Below, piece after piece: positions 40,349 through 49,667 of a DNA stretch of 64,000 bases. Where the stretch lies: positions 916 through 64,915 of the forward strand of contig CAZDOT010000003.1 in assembly GCA_964507125.1 (NCBI GenBank), in the 5' to 3' direction. Under the pieces are notes generated by a model, which ran no database searches, was not told the origin of the DNA, and saw nothing but the letters and a program-made list of their open reading frames with translations. This stretch comes from an uncultured Chitinophagales bacterium. Its GTDB lineage: Bacteria > Bacteroidota > Bacteroidia > Chitinophagales > JADIYW01. The translations under genes and the position numbers were made by a program. The stretch's first letter is position 1, and every line of letters begins with the position of its first letter.

Positions 40349-43072
40349 ATGTTATTAGATGATTGTGTGAAAAAAATAGGACTCAACATAATTTTATCAC
40401 TCCTGTTCTTTACTTCTTTTGGGCAAATTACGCTCAAAGGTGTTGTTATTGATGCCAAAACTAAAGAAGCTTTACCATTTGTCAACTATTATATAGGCTT
40501 AACGGAAGGTAGCACCACGGATGATAGCGGTCGATTTGAGTTTAATGTAAGTGCCAAAACCGACTCTATTGTTTTTACCTATTTAGGCTACAAGGATGAA
40601 GTGCTCAAAAAACGTTTCTTTAAAAAAGATTCCATTATCGTAAAAATGCACTTGGATAATTTTATGTTAGAGGAATTTACCGTGAAAGCAAGACGTAAAA
40701 AAATCCCAAAAGATACCGTTGCCATTCGATTATATAGAAATGTAGTGAGCCATAAAGATGAAAACAGACCCAAGTCGTATGATTCCTATCAATTTGAAGA
40801 ATACCAAAAGACGGTTGCTTCACTCTATAACATCAGCTCAAAAATTACAACGAAGAAAATTTTTAAACCATTCAAATTTATCTTAGAAAACCAAGATAGC
40901 ACGGCCGAAGGCAATAAGTTTATTCCATTAATTTTAAAAGAAACCTTATCGGACCAATACTTCAATAAAGATCCGAAGAAAAATAAAACAGTTGTTAAAG
41001 CCAGTAAAATTTCCGGAATTGAGCAATTGCGATTCGCCGAATTATTAGATTACGCTTTTGATGAAATTGATGCATACGACAACCAAGCTATGGTACAAGA
41101 AAAAGCGTTTGTAATGCCTTTTGCCAATGGTGCCATTACCCTTTACAATTACTATTTAATAGATAGTGTGAAGATTATGGATGCATCCAAACCGATAGAC
41201 AGCAGCAAATTTATACACAACAGAAAAGTAGCCTACACACAAAGAACCACATACGACACGTCCATTACCACGGTAATGAATGATAGTATTTTGCAAGATA
41301 GCGTAGTCAATATTAGTTTGTTACCGGATTCCATACTTTATAAGACAATCACTACGATAGACAGTGCACTTGTAACTGACAGCATTGTTACATTTGACAC
41401 AATCGTAGTTCGTGATAGTATTTGGATTTACAATCTTGCGTTTGTGCCCAAAGCCAAAGGCGATTTCTTGTTTAAAGGAAAAGCTGCTATCCAAGACTCA
41501 ACCTTCGCCATTACGGATATCGAGTTGAGTATCGACAGTCGCTCTAATATTAATTTCATCAGCGATTTTTCATTAAAACAAAGCTTCGAACATACCGACA
41601 AAGGTTGGTTTAAAAATAAAGAATCCAGAAATACCAGTATTGCTATCACAAAGCGAAAAAAATCTAAGAGTGTCCGAATTGCTCGTTATTTAAGTAGAGA
41701 TAGTATCAAAATTAATGAGCCGATTGCAGATACCATTTTAAAACAAGAAAATACGGTGTTTGTAAAAAATTACCGCAAACTATCGGATTCATTTTGGGTA
41801 GCTCGCCGACACGATACATTAACCACACCGGAAAGTAAAGTGTATTTCTTGATAGACTCGCTGAAAAGAACGCGTTTTTACAAAGCAATGAATGGCATTG
41901 GAAGCTTTTTTGTAAGTGGATATTACAAAACCAAAACATTGGAATACGGCAACCTTTATCAAATGGTTACGTGGAATGATTTGGAAGGCGTGCGACTTCG
42001 TCTTAATTTACGCAACAATTGGCGCATTGGAAAATGGGTAAATTGGAGCATTTATGGTGCGTACGGAATTAAAGATAAAAAATTCAAATACGGTGCGAAA
42101 ATTAGTGCCAATTTACCGGATAAACGACAAAAGAAACACAGCATCACAGTTTCTTTCAGAGATGACTATCAGCGTTTCACATTAAGTAAAGATGGTTTAG
42201 GATACGATTTCATTTACAAATCCATCACACGTAAAAATGCTATTTCAGATTTAGTGTATTTAAAAGATGTGATGTTGACCTATTCCAGAGAATGGATTCC
42301 AAATTTAACCACCAATTTAAATTTCAACTATAAAATATATCAAACCGTTCCGGGCAGTATTACGTTTACCAAATCCAACGGTGTTCCGTTTACACCGGAC
42401 ACGATTAGCAATTTTAGAGTTTTTTCGCCAAGTATCAATGTTGTATATACGCCGGGTGCAAAATTTTTGCAAGGAAGTGAACGCAATCGTTTCCTAAAAG
42501 GTAAATTGCCAAGATTTAATTTCACCTATACGTTTAGTGAACGCAAACTCGGAAGTGATTTTAACTTCCATAAAATAGAATTAATCATTGATGAGCGTTT
42601 GCCATCACCAATTGGGCACACCATCTTTAAATTAGTAGGCACCAAATTATTCGGCGAAGCACCTTATCCTTTGTTACACATACATCCCGGAAATCAATCT
42701 TTCTTATACGATGAAGAACGCTTCACTAATATGAAAGAAACCGAATTTATTGCCGACCAACAATTGACATTCTTTTTGGAACATCATTTCGACGGATTTT
42801 TCTTTAACAAAATTCCAGGATGGCGTCGTTTGGGATTGAGAGAAGTATTCACCACCAAAATGGCCGTTTCCAGCTTAAACCCAAAAAATGTAACCTTCTC
42901 AGATTTGCCAACCAATATGAAAGGACTTAACGGATTTTATGCTGAAGTTGGATTTGGTATTGAAAACATCCTCAAATTAATTCGAGTAGATTTTAGTTGG
43001 CGATTAACACAATTAAATCAGCCGAACATACAAAAATTCCGTTGGGCCATCAGTTTCTCGCCAAGTTTCTAA
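40349..43072 (+). CDS. large exported protein with a carboxypeptidase-regulatory-like N-domain and a DUF5686-like C-terminal barrel
   Basis: 907-aa ORF. Using the GTG at 40367 gives MKKIGLNIILSLLFFTSFGQ (signal peptide), followed by ITLKGVVIDAKTKEALPFVNYYI...DDSGRFEF (CarboxypepD_reg-like). Confidence 0.8.
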   Translation: MLLDDCVKKIGLNIILSLLFFTSFGQITLKGVVIDAKTKEALPFVNYYIGLTEGSTTDDSGRFEFNVSAKTDSIVFTYLGYKDEVLKKRFFKKDSIIVKMHLDNFMLEEFTVKARRKKIPKDTVAIRLYRNVVSHKDENRPKSYDSYQFEEYQKTVASLYNISSKITTKKIFKPFKFILENQDSTAEGNKFIPLILKETLSDQYFNKDPKKNKTVVKASKISGIEQLRFAELLDYAFDEIDAYDNQAMVQEKAFVMPFANGAITLYNYYLIDSVKIMDASKPIDSSKFIHNRKVAYTQRTTYDTSITTVMNDSILQDSVVNISLLPDSILYKTITTIDSALVTDSIVTFDTIVVRDSIWIYNLAFVPKAKGDFLFKGKAAIQDSTFAITDIELSIDSRSNINFISDFSLKQSFEHTDKGWFKNKESRNTSIAITKRKKSKSVRIARYLSRDSIKINEPIADTILKQENTVFVKNYRKLSDSFWVARRHDTLTTPESKVYFLIDSLKRTRFYKAMNGIGSFFVSGYYKTKTLEYGNLYQMVTWNDLEGVRLRLNLRNNWRIGKWVNWSIYGAYGIKDKKFKYGAKISANLPDKRQKKHSITVSFRDDYQRFTLSKDGLGYDFIYKSITRKNAISDLVYLKDVMLTYSREWIPNLTTNLNFNYKIYQTVPGSITFTKSNGVPFTPDTISNFRVFSPSINVVYTPGAKFLQGSERNRFLKGKLPRFNFTYTFSERKLGSDFNFHKIELIIDERLPSPIGHTIFKLVGTKLFGEAPYPLLHIHPGNQSFLYDEERFTNMKETEFIADQQLTFFLEHHFDGFFFNKIPGWRRLGLREVFTTKMAVSSLNPKNVTFSDLPTNMKGLNGFYAEVGFGIENILKLIRVDFSWRLTQLNQPNIQKFRWAISFSPSF

Positions 43073-43113
43073 TAACTTAAAACGGATTACTTAGAAGTTT
43101 GCAAAACTTAAAG

Positions 43114-43121
43114 TATTTTTG
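43114..43121 (+). promoter_or_regulatory. -7 box TATTTTTG upstream of the TPR-like membrane protein gene
   Basis: Matches TAnnTTTG and overlaps the TTG start used by the ORF track. This supports the ATG at 43140 as the real start. Confidence 0.4.
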
Positions 43122-43139
43122 CCCATCAATTACACAATT

Positions 43140-43796
43140 ATGGATTTTGGAAAATTATACGTTAAATATCGTTTCTACGCAGCAATTGCATTTTTAATTA
43201 TTGGAATTCTGTTACACATCTTTGTACACAAAGGTTGGCAATGGTCTATCTTTATTTATATCATCAGTATTTCTTTTATTTTGTTTGATATTTTAATCGG
43301 TCCAATGCGTTATTTGCAAAAGAAGGTAGAAGCCGGCGATATTGATGGAGCTAAAGAAGTAATGAGTTGGATAAAATTCCCGAATTTATTAATAAAACCG
43401 GTGCGACAAGGATATTACATGTTGCAATCTAATTTTGATATGGCAAACCAAGATTTGGATGCGGCAGAAGCCAATATCCGAAAAAGTTTAGCCAATAAAA
43501 GCGATATGATGGGAACATCGCAAGAAGGTGTTTCGTATTTGCAATTAGGTGGCATTGCTTTGCAAAAAGGCGACTCAAAAGAAGCATTAAAAAACTTGAA
43601 ATTAGCGGTTCAAAAAGGCTTACCGGACGACGACAATTTAGCGACTGCCTATTTGCAAATATGTTCTATTTATGCTCAACGCAGAGAAATAAAAGTAGCC
43701 AAAGAATACTTACGCAGAGCCAACACTTTAAAAGTAAAAAGCGACGAAATCAAAAAGCACTTAAAAGACATCAACAAACAAATGGCGAGAGCTTAG
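43140..43796 (+). CDS. membrane-anchored TPR-like repeat protein
   Basis: 218 aa from the ATG at 43140 (MDFGKLYVKYRF...), with two N-terminal TM segments and a helical-repeat C-terminus. Confidence 0.7.
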   Translation: MDFGKLYVKYRFYAAIAFLIIGILLHIFVHKGWQWSIFIYIISISFILFDILIGPMRYLQKKVEAGDIDGAKEVMSWIKFPNLLIKPVRQGYYMLQSNFDMANQDLDAAEANIRKSLANKSDMMGTSQEGVSYLQLGGIALQKGDSKEALKNLKLAVQKGLPDDDNLATAYLQICSIYAQRREIKVAKEYLRRANTLKVKSDEIKKHLKDINKQMARA

Positions 43797-43833
43797 TTGA
43801 TCTGAAAATAATTTTCTATCCAAAAAAAAATAG

Positions 43834-43872
43834 ACCCTGTTAGAATCCTTCACACTAACAGGGTTTATTTTT
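43834..43872 (+). terminator. rho-independent terminator
   Basis: Perfect 10-bp stem ACCCTGTTAG / CTAACAGGGT with an 11-nt loop, followed by TTATTTTT. Confidence 0.8.
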
Positions 43873-43962
43873 AAGAACAGATGTAACGCTCTATACAAAA
43901 AATGCTGTTTAAAAGAAGGACAACAAAAGTTAATGGATAGATGTTATCAATCTAATATTTTA

Positions 43963-43970
43963 TACCTTTG
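43963..43970 (+). promoter_or_regulatory. -7 box TACCTTTG upstream of pepP
   Basis: Matches TAnnTTTG, 42 nt upstream of the ATG at 44013. Confidence 0.4.
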
Positions 43971-44012
43971 ATATTCCATATAATCTATTCATCCATAAAT
44001 TAGATTGCTAAA

Positions 44013-45305
44013 ATGAAATACTCCTCTATTAATGCACAATTATTTATAGATAATCGCAAGAAATTTATAGCAGAATTACCTGCCAACTCCATGGCTATTT
44101 TATTAGCCAACGACGAGATGCCTCGCAGTGCCGATCAGAATTTTGTATTTCGTCAAAATCCGGATTTATTTTGGCTTTCCGGAATTGACCAAGAAAAAAC
44201 TATTTTAATCATCTATCCGGATTGCCCCAATCCATTGTATAGAGAAGCCTTGTTTCTTCGCAAAACCAATGAAGTAATTGCAGTTTGGGAAGGTCATAAA
44301 TATACCATGCAAGAAGCACGTGAAGCTTCCGGCATTCAGCAAATATTTTGGGAAGAAAGTTTTGAAAGTGCACTCAAAGCACTAATGACGTATTGCGACA
44401 ATGTGTATGTCAACATCAATGAAAACGACCGAAGCGACAATGCTGTTCCATATAAAGATATTCGTTTTGCCAATGAATTAAAATACAATTATCCGGCGCA
44501 CCAAATCAAACGATTAGGCCCTATTATGGCAAAATTGCGCAGCATTAAACATCCGGTAGAAGTGGACTTAATGAAACAAGCTTGTGCCATTACACGCGAT
44601 GCCTTTAAACGTGTATTGCGATTTATGCAACCAGGTGTAATGGAGTATGAAGTGGAAGCCGAAATTATTCATGAATTTATTCGACAACGCGCTACAGGAC
44701 ATGCCTACACACCCATAATTGCAAGTGGTGCCAATGCTTGTGTGTTACACTATATAGAGAACAATAGAGTTTGTAATGATGGCGATTTAGTGTTGATGGA
44801 TTTTGGTGCAGAATACGCCAATTACGCTGCGGATTTAACCAGAACAATTCCGGCAAATGGCAAATTTACACCACGACAAAAAGACGTTTACAATGCCGTA
44901 CTTCGTGTGATGAAACAAGCCAAAACCATGCTAAAACCGGGCACTATCTTAGCTGATTACAATAAAGAAGTTGGCAAAATAATGGAAAGTGAATTGATTG
45001 GTTTAGGCTTATTAGATAAAGATGCCGTTGCCAAACAAGATCCGGAAAATCCATTGTACAAAAAATATTTCATGCACGGCACTTCGCATTTTTTAGGAAT
45101 AGATGTGCACGACATTGGCAATAGATACGCACCGATGCAAGTAGGCAATGTATTTACCTGCGAACCGGGTATTTATATTCCAGAAGAAAAATTAGGAATT
45201 CGCATTGAAAACGATATTTTAATTACTGAAAACGGCATTATAGATTTGATGGAAGATATCCCGATTGAAGTAGATGAAATAGAAACAATCATGCATGAAA
45301 AATAA
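44013..45305 (+). CDS. pepP: Xaa-Pro aminopeptidase (M24B family)
   Basis: 430 aa with an AMP_N-like N-domain and a pita-bread C-domain (DFGAEY, HGTSHFLGIDVHD, EPGIYI). Confidence 0.88.
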   Translation: MKYSSINAQLFIDNRKKFIAELPANSMAILLANDEMPRSADQNFVFRQNPDLFWLSGIDQEKTILIIYPDCPNPLYREALFLRKTNEVIAVWEGHKYTMQEAREASGIQQIFWEESFESALKALMTYCDNVYVNINENDRSDNAVPYKDIRFANELKYNYPAHQIKRLGPIMAKLRSIKHPVEVDLMKQACAITRDAFKRVLRFMQPGVMEYEVEAEIIHEFIRQRATGHAYTPIIASGANACVLHYIENNRVCNDGDLVLMDFGAEYANYAADLTRTIPANGKFTPRQKDVYNAVLRVMKQAKTMLKPGTILADYNKEVGKIMESELIGLGLLDKDAVAKQDPENPLYKKYFMHGTSHFLGIDVHDIGNRYAPMQVGNVFTCEPGIYIPEEKLGIRIENDILITENGIIDLMEDIPIEVDEIETIMHEK

Positions 45306-45366
45306 GCTTGTTTTCTTTCATAAATTGCATTGTATTTCCATACAATTTCCTTAAAAAATAATTGGC

Positions 45367-46089
45367 ATGCTGGACAAAACAGAAGGCATTGTACTGAAAA
45401 CAACTAAATATGCCGAAAGCAGTTTAATAGTAAAAATATTTACCCGAAAACATGGCATTTTAAGTTTTATGGTGCAAGGTGTTCGCAGTAGTAAGAACAA
45501 ACAAAAAGGCAATATTTTACAGCCATTTAATTGTTTAAATTTAGAAATCTATTTAAAAGAACAACGCAATTTAAATAAGATTAAAGAGTATAGTTCAAAT
45601 ATCATCTACAAAAATTTATATACCGATTTTCACAAACAAAGTGTAGCTATTTTTTGTGTTGAGTTGATTTCAAAATGCATCAAAGAACAAGAAATAAACG
45701 AACGATTATACCAATATCTATCGTTGTTTTTGATGGAATTAGATGAAACAACTACCGGCATTGAAAACAAACCTTTGTTTTTTTTATTAGAAGTTGCCGG
45801 TATTTTAGGTTTTGAGCCTTCTATGCAACACATTTCCAAAGGCAATTATTTTAACTTAGAAAACGGTCGATTTGAATTAGAAAGTACGAATACGCAAAGT
45901 TGCTTGTCTGCTTACGAAACATCATTATTTAAGCAGCTTATTGCCATTTATTACGATAAGAATGAATTGAAACTAAACGCTACCGAACGCAAAATTTTAT
46001 TAGAAAAATTATTGCTATATTACCGTTGGCATGTTTCGGAATTCATCGACCTAAAATCACCACAAGTACTCAGTGAAATATTGAGATAA
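45367..46089 (+). CDS. recO: DNA repair protein RecO
   Basis: 240 aa with the N-terminal OB fold EGIVLKTTKYAESSLIVKIFTRKHGILSFMVQGVRS. Confidence 0.88.
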   Translation: MLDKTEGIVLKTTKYAESSLIVKIFTRKHGILSFMVQGVRSSKNKQKGNILQPFNCLNLEIYLKEQRNLNKIKEYSSNIIYKNLYTDFHKQSVAIFCVELISKCIKEQEINERLYQYLSLFLMELDETTTGIENKPLFFLLEVAGILGFEPSMQHISKGNYFNLENGRFELESTNTQSCLSAYETSLFKQLIAIYYDKNELKLNATERKILLEKLLLYYRWHVSEFIDLKSPQVLSEILR

Positions 46090-46103
46090 ACCAACTTTAA
46101 AGT

Positions 46104-47177
46104 TTACGACAAACCACCTACTTTTAATTTTTCGGCATTTTCTTCAAAGGTCAATTTATCAATAATATCTTGTAAATCGCCATTTACAATCTCGGATAAA
46201 TTATACAAAGTCAAGTTAATTCTATGATCGGTAACACGTCCTTGCGGATAATTGTATGTTCTAATTTTGGCACTTCTATCGCCTGTAGAAACGAGTGTTT
46301 TGCGTTGTTTGGCAATGGCTTCGTTGTGTTCGTTTAATGCTTTCTCATACAAACGCGTACGCAATACTTTCAACGCACTTTCGTAGTTTTTATGTTGCGA
46401 GCGACCATCTTGACATTCTGCAACAATACCTGTCGGCAAGTGCGTTAAGCGCACCGCAGATTCTGTTTTGTTAACGTGCTGTCCACCTGCACCCGATGCT
46501 CGATACACATCTTTTTTAATATCGGCCATGTTCAATTCTACATCCACTTCATCGGCTTCCGGCAAAATGGCTACGGATGCCGCCGACGTGTGAACTCGAC
46601 CTTGCGATTCGGTTTCGGGAACACGCTGCACGCGATGCACGCCACTTTCATATTTTAAAACACCATACACACCTTCTCCGGTAACTTCTACCACTACCTC
46701 TTTATAACCGCCTGCAGTTCCGGAATTTTCATTCATAATTTCAGTTGTCCAACCTTTGTTCTCGCAATATTTTAAATACATACGCAACAAATCGCCGGCA
46801 AAAATACTGGCTTCATCACCACCTGTTCCGGCACGAATTTCCAAGATAGCATTCTTGTCATCTTCCGGATCTTTTGGTATCAATAAATACCTGATTTCTT
46901 CTTCTAAAGCAGGTTGTCTTTCTTGTTGTTCCTCCAATTCCAACTTTGCCATATCGCGCAGTTCAGCATCTTTTTCTTCATTCAACACTTGCTTATTAAA
47001 GTCGATATTGGATAATAAATTCTTATACTCCAAATAGGCTTTTACAATCAACTCTAAATCTTTATACTCTTTAGATGTTTTCTTAAATTTCTGCATATCG
47101 CTTACTACTTCAGGGTCGCTGAGTTGCGATTCCAAATCTTTATAACGAAAGTAAATAAGCTCTAACTTGTCTAACAT
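46104..47177 (-). CDS. prfA: peptide chain release factor 1
   Basis: Has GGQ (SGAGGQHVNKTESAVRLTH) and an RF1-type PxT tripeptide (VPETES). The ATG at 47177 is preferred over the TTG at 47183 used by the track. Confidence 0.95.
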   Translation of the reverse strand: MLDKLELIYFRYKDLESQLSDPEVVSDMQKFKKTSKEYKDLELIVKAYLEYKNLLSNIDFNKQVLNEEKDAELRDMAKLELEEQQERQPALEEEIRYLLIPKDPEDDKNAILEIRAGTGGDEASIFAGDLLRMYLKYCENKGWTTEIMNENSGTAGGYKEVVVEVTGEGVYGVLKYESGVHRVQRVPETESQGRVHTSAASVAILPEADEVDVELNMADIKKDVYRASGAGGQHVNKTESAVRLTHLPTGIVAECQDGRSQHKNYESALKVLRTRLYEKALNEHNEAIAKQRKTLVSTGDRSAKIRTYNYPQGRVTDHRINLTLYNLSEIVNGDLQDIIDKLTFEENAEKLKVGGLS

Positions 47178-47194
47178 AATCAAAAAATAGAGTG

Positions 47195-47202
47195 CAAAAA
47201 TA
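47195..47202 (-). promoter_or_regulatory. -7 box TATTTTTG upstream of prfA
   Basis: The reverse strand matches TAnnTTTG, 17 nt upstream of the ATG at 47177. Confidence 0.4.
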
Positions 47203-47280
47203 CGATTTTAATACCAAATTATACGGAGCAATTCTGCCTTATATAAAAAGTAATTATTATATTGTAATAAAATCGATACA

Positions 47281-47685
47281 ATGGAAAGTCAAAATGTAGG
47301 TATGTTGGCAACGTATCTTTTAAGTTTTATGTTCTTCTTTTTTTGTTTAATACTCTTTTTTATTGTCTGTCATTGGAAAATTTTCAAAAAAGCCGGGCAA
47401 GCCGGATGGAAAAGTTTAGTGCCCATTTACAACATTTATATTCAATTGAAGATTGCGAAACAACCTGCTATTTGGATGTTATTTTTCTTTATTCCTTTTT
47501 TGAATATCTATTTTGGCATCCGTCACGTACACGGCATTTCCAAAGCTTTTGGCAAAGATGTAGGTTTCACATTGGGATTGATTTTCTTGTCGTTTATTTT
47601 TATTCCGATTTTAGCTTTTGGCGATGCACAATATGTTTACAAAGAGGAAAATTCTTTGATAGATGAGATTCAAGAATACAGATAA
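47281..47685 (+). CDS. small membrane protein, DUF5684-like
   Basis: 134 aa with 3-4 TM segments and a WKIFKKAGQAGWKSLVPIYNIY motif. Confidence 0.7.
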   Translation: MESQNVGMLATYLLSFMFFFFCLILFFIVCHWKIFKKAGQAGWKSLVPIYNIYIQLKIAKQPAIWMLFFFIPFLNIYFGIRHVHGISKAFGKDVGFTLGLIFLSFIFIPILAFGDAQYVYKEENSLIDEIQEYR

Positions 47686-47812
47686 TTGGATGCGTAGTGA
47701 GTAGCGACATAAGAGTATAAAGTCAACCTAACTTTTATCTACACTTTATTACCTTTCTGTTGTGGTCATACAACTACTATTCTTAATTTAGATTTTCAAT
47801 AAACAAAATAAA

Positions 47813-47837
47813 GCGAGGCCGCCTACGGCGGCCTCGC
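47813..47837. terminator. GC-rich perfect hairpin between convergent genes (mainly the terminator of the minus-strand SDR gene)
   Basis: GCGAGGCCGCC TAC GGCGGCCTCGC forms an 11-bp stem. On the minus strand it is followed by TTTATTTTGTTTATT. A second AT-rich hairpin, TTGAGTAA/TTACTCAA, lies at 47862-47881. Confidence 0.7.
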
Positions 47838-47892
47838 AAATTCATAAATTATTCAAATATTTTGAGTAAAAAATTACTCAAAAAAAGTTCAA

Positions 47893-48705
47893 TTATTTTG
47901 TAATAAAATCAAATACTTTTTTGGTGATTGCTGTGTAACCCAATGGCATTGTACGTGCTATTCTATCGCCCATTTCTGCATCTATTCCAATCAATACACG
48001 TTGTTTTTTCTGTTCAATGTGGCGAATGATAGTTTTAGCTGCATCTTCCGGTGAAGTGCGTTCTAATGCTTTTTGGAATTTACGTTCTAAGTTAGCGTCG
48101 CGTTCATACTGTACTGCATTTCTTAAAATGTTAGTATTTATGCCGCCCGGATGCACGCAATATACTTCCACATTGGTATCAAATAATTCCATGCGTAAAG
48201 ATTCAGTAAATCCTCTTACAGCAAATTTTGTTGTGCAATACGGCACTTGATCAGAAACACCAACTAAGCCAAACAAGCTGGAAATATTGATGATGGCAGC
48301 TTCCGGTCTAGCTAATAAAGTTTCTAAAAAGTATTTAGTATGTAAAATCACACCATACACATTCACATCAATAATCTTTCTAAAATCTTCTATTTTCACA
48401 TCATTGAGTGAAATTTTGCCTAAAGCAAATCCGGCATTATTAAACAACAAATCAATGTAATCATGCTCTTTCAACACTTTCTTTACAAAGTTGGCAATTG
48501 CTTTTTCATCAGAAACATCTACTACATACGTATAGCAGCTTGCACCTATTGTTTGCACGCGTTTCTGCGTATCTGCCAAACCATCCGGATTCTTATCCGA
48601 TAAAACTAAAACAGCACCTTTCTTTGCTAACTCAATAGCTAATGCTTGTCCGATGCCGGAGCCGGCACCTGTAATTACAGCAATTTTGTCTTTAAAATTT
48701 CTCAT
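47893..48705 (-). CDS. short-chain dehydrogenase/reductase (classical SDR)
   Basis: 270 aa with TGAGSGIGQALA, NNAG and YCTTKFAVRG motifs. Confidence 0.9.
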   Translation of the reverse strand: MRNFKDKIAVITGAGSGIGQALAIELAKKGAVLVLSDKNPDGLADTQKRVQTIGASCYTYVVDVSDEKAIANFVKKVLKEHDYIDLLFNNAGFALGKISLNDVKIEDFRKIIDVNVYGVILHTKYFLETLLARPEAAIINISSLFGLVGVSDQVPYCTTKFAVRGFTESLRMELFDTNVEVYCVHPGGINTNILRNAVQYERDANLERKFQKALERTSPEDAAKTIIRHIEQKKQRVLIGIDAEMGDRIARTMPLGYTAITKKVFDFITK

Positions 48706-48861
48706 ACGATAGTTGTTAACTTAGGCACTAAGGTATTGATTCAAGTCAATTAATGCACTAAACATAGGTGAAATATAGTTTTTTGTTGAATTTTTAACTA
48801 ATTTTGATTCGCCGATAAACAATTTGGATTCATTATTGTAGTTATATAGAAAAATACATAC

Positions 48862-49464
48862 ATGAATTTGAAGACAGTTTTTACAACAATTACAATTTGG
48901 TTTTTAAGTATAGTTTTTATCTATGCTAAAAACAATTCAGCGGCAAAGAGTGTTAATACACAAAAGAGTTCTATAGAGTGGGTTGGCAAGAAGATGTTAG
49001 GGCAACATAATGGCAATGTATCTTTAAAATCGGGAACATTACACCTTAAAAATAATGTTTTAACAGGTGGAAGTTTTGTGATAGACATGAATTCTATTAC
49101 TTGTTCAGATATAAAAGATGCAGCATACAATGCAAATTTGGTAAAACACCTAAGAGGTACTGATTTTTTTAATGTAGAAGCTCATCCAACAGCTACCTTA
49201 AAAATCACAAAAGTGTTAAAATATGTTAAAAAACAGCAGGCGTACAACGTAGAAGCTGATTTAACTATCAAAGGTATTACCCAAAAAATAAAATTTCCGG
49301 TGGAATTGAGTACCAACGGAAATGCAATTGAAGCAAATGCAAATATCACAATAGACAGAACTTTATGGGACATAAAGTATAAGTCTTCCAGTTTTTTCGA
49401 AGGGCTTGGCGATAAGGCGATAAAGAATGAAATTGGTTTTGTTGTGAAGATTGTATCTAATTAA
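48862..49464 (+). CDS. yceI: YceI-family periplasmic polyisoprenoid-binding protein
   Basis: 200 aa with a signal peptide and YceI-like sequence (SSIEWVGKKMLGQHNGNV..., HLRGTDFFNVEAHPTATL). Confidence 0.8.
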   Translation: MNLKTVFTTITIWFLSIVFIYAKNNSAAKSVNTQKSSIEWVGKKMLGQHNGNVSLKSGTLHLKNNVLTGGSFVIDMNSITCSDIKDAAYNANLVKHLRGTDFFNVEAHPTATLKITKVLKYVKKQQAYNVEADLTIKGITQKIKFPVELSTNGNAIEANANITIDRTLWDIKYKSSSFFEGLGDKAIKNEIGFVVKIVSN

Positions 49465-49525
49465 TTTTAACTCTATTGATTGCCGAGAGGCAATTGGGTT
49501 TTTCATAGTTTTATGGTTTTTGTGG

Positions 49526-49560
49526 CTTGTCCGATCCTTTGGGTCGGACAAGTCATTTTT
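49526..49560 (+). terminator. rho-independent terminator after yceI
   Basis: 9-bp stem CTTGTCCGA / TCGGACAAG with a 9-nt loop, then TCATTTTT. It is preceded by a weaker hairpin, ATTGCC/GGCAAT + TGGGTTTTT, at 49479-49503. Confidence 0.6.
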
Positions 49561-49667
49561 AGGCCACACACATATTACCAACTTACATAATACATCTTCT
49601 TAAGTACAACACAAATAGTGTGCTATTATTGATTCAAAATAAAAAAAAGGAATTAAGGTGACTAATA

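Noticed and set aside
43119-43139. TTG start proposed by the ORF track for the TPR-like protein
   Set aside because: The TTG lies inside the TATTTTTG -7 box. The ATG at 43140 downstream of the predicted transcription start is more plausible.
46104-47183. Checked for a prfB-style programmed +1 frameshift site
   Set aside because: The gene is RF1 (PET tripeptide, single uninterrupted frame). No internal SD-like/UGA frameshift cassette is present.
47343-47666. 107-aa ORF overlapping the DUF5684-like gene in another frame on the same strand
   Set aside because: It is fully nested within a better ORF that has a clear membrane-protein character. There is no independent support.
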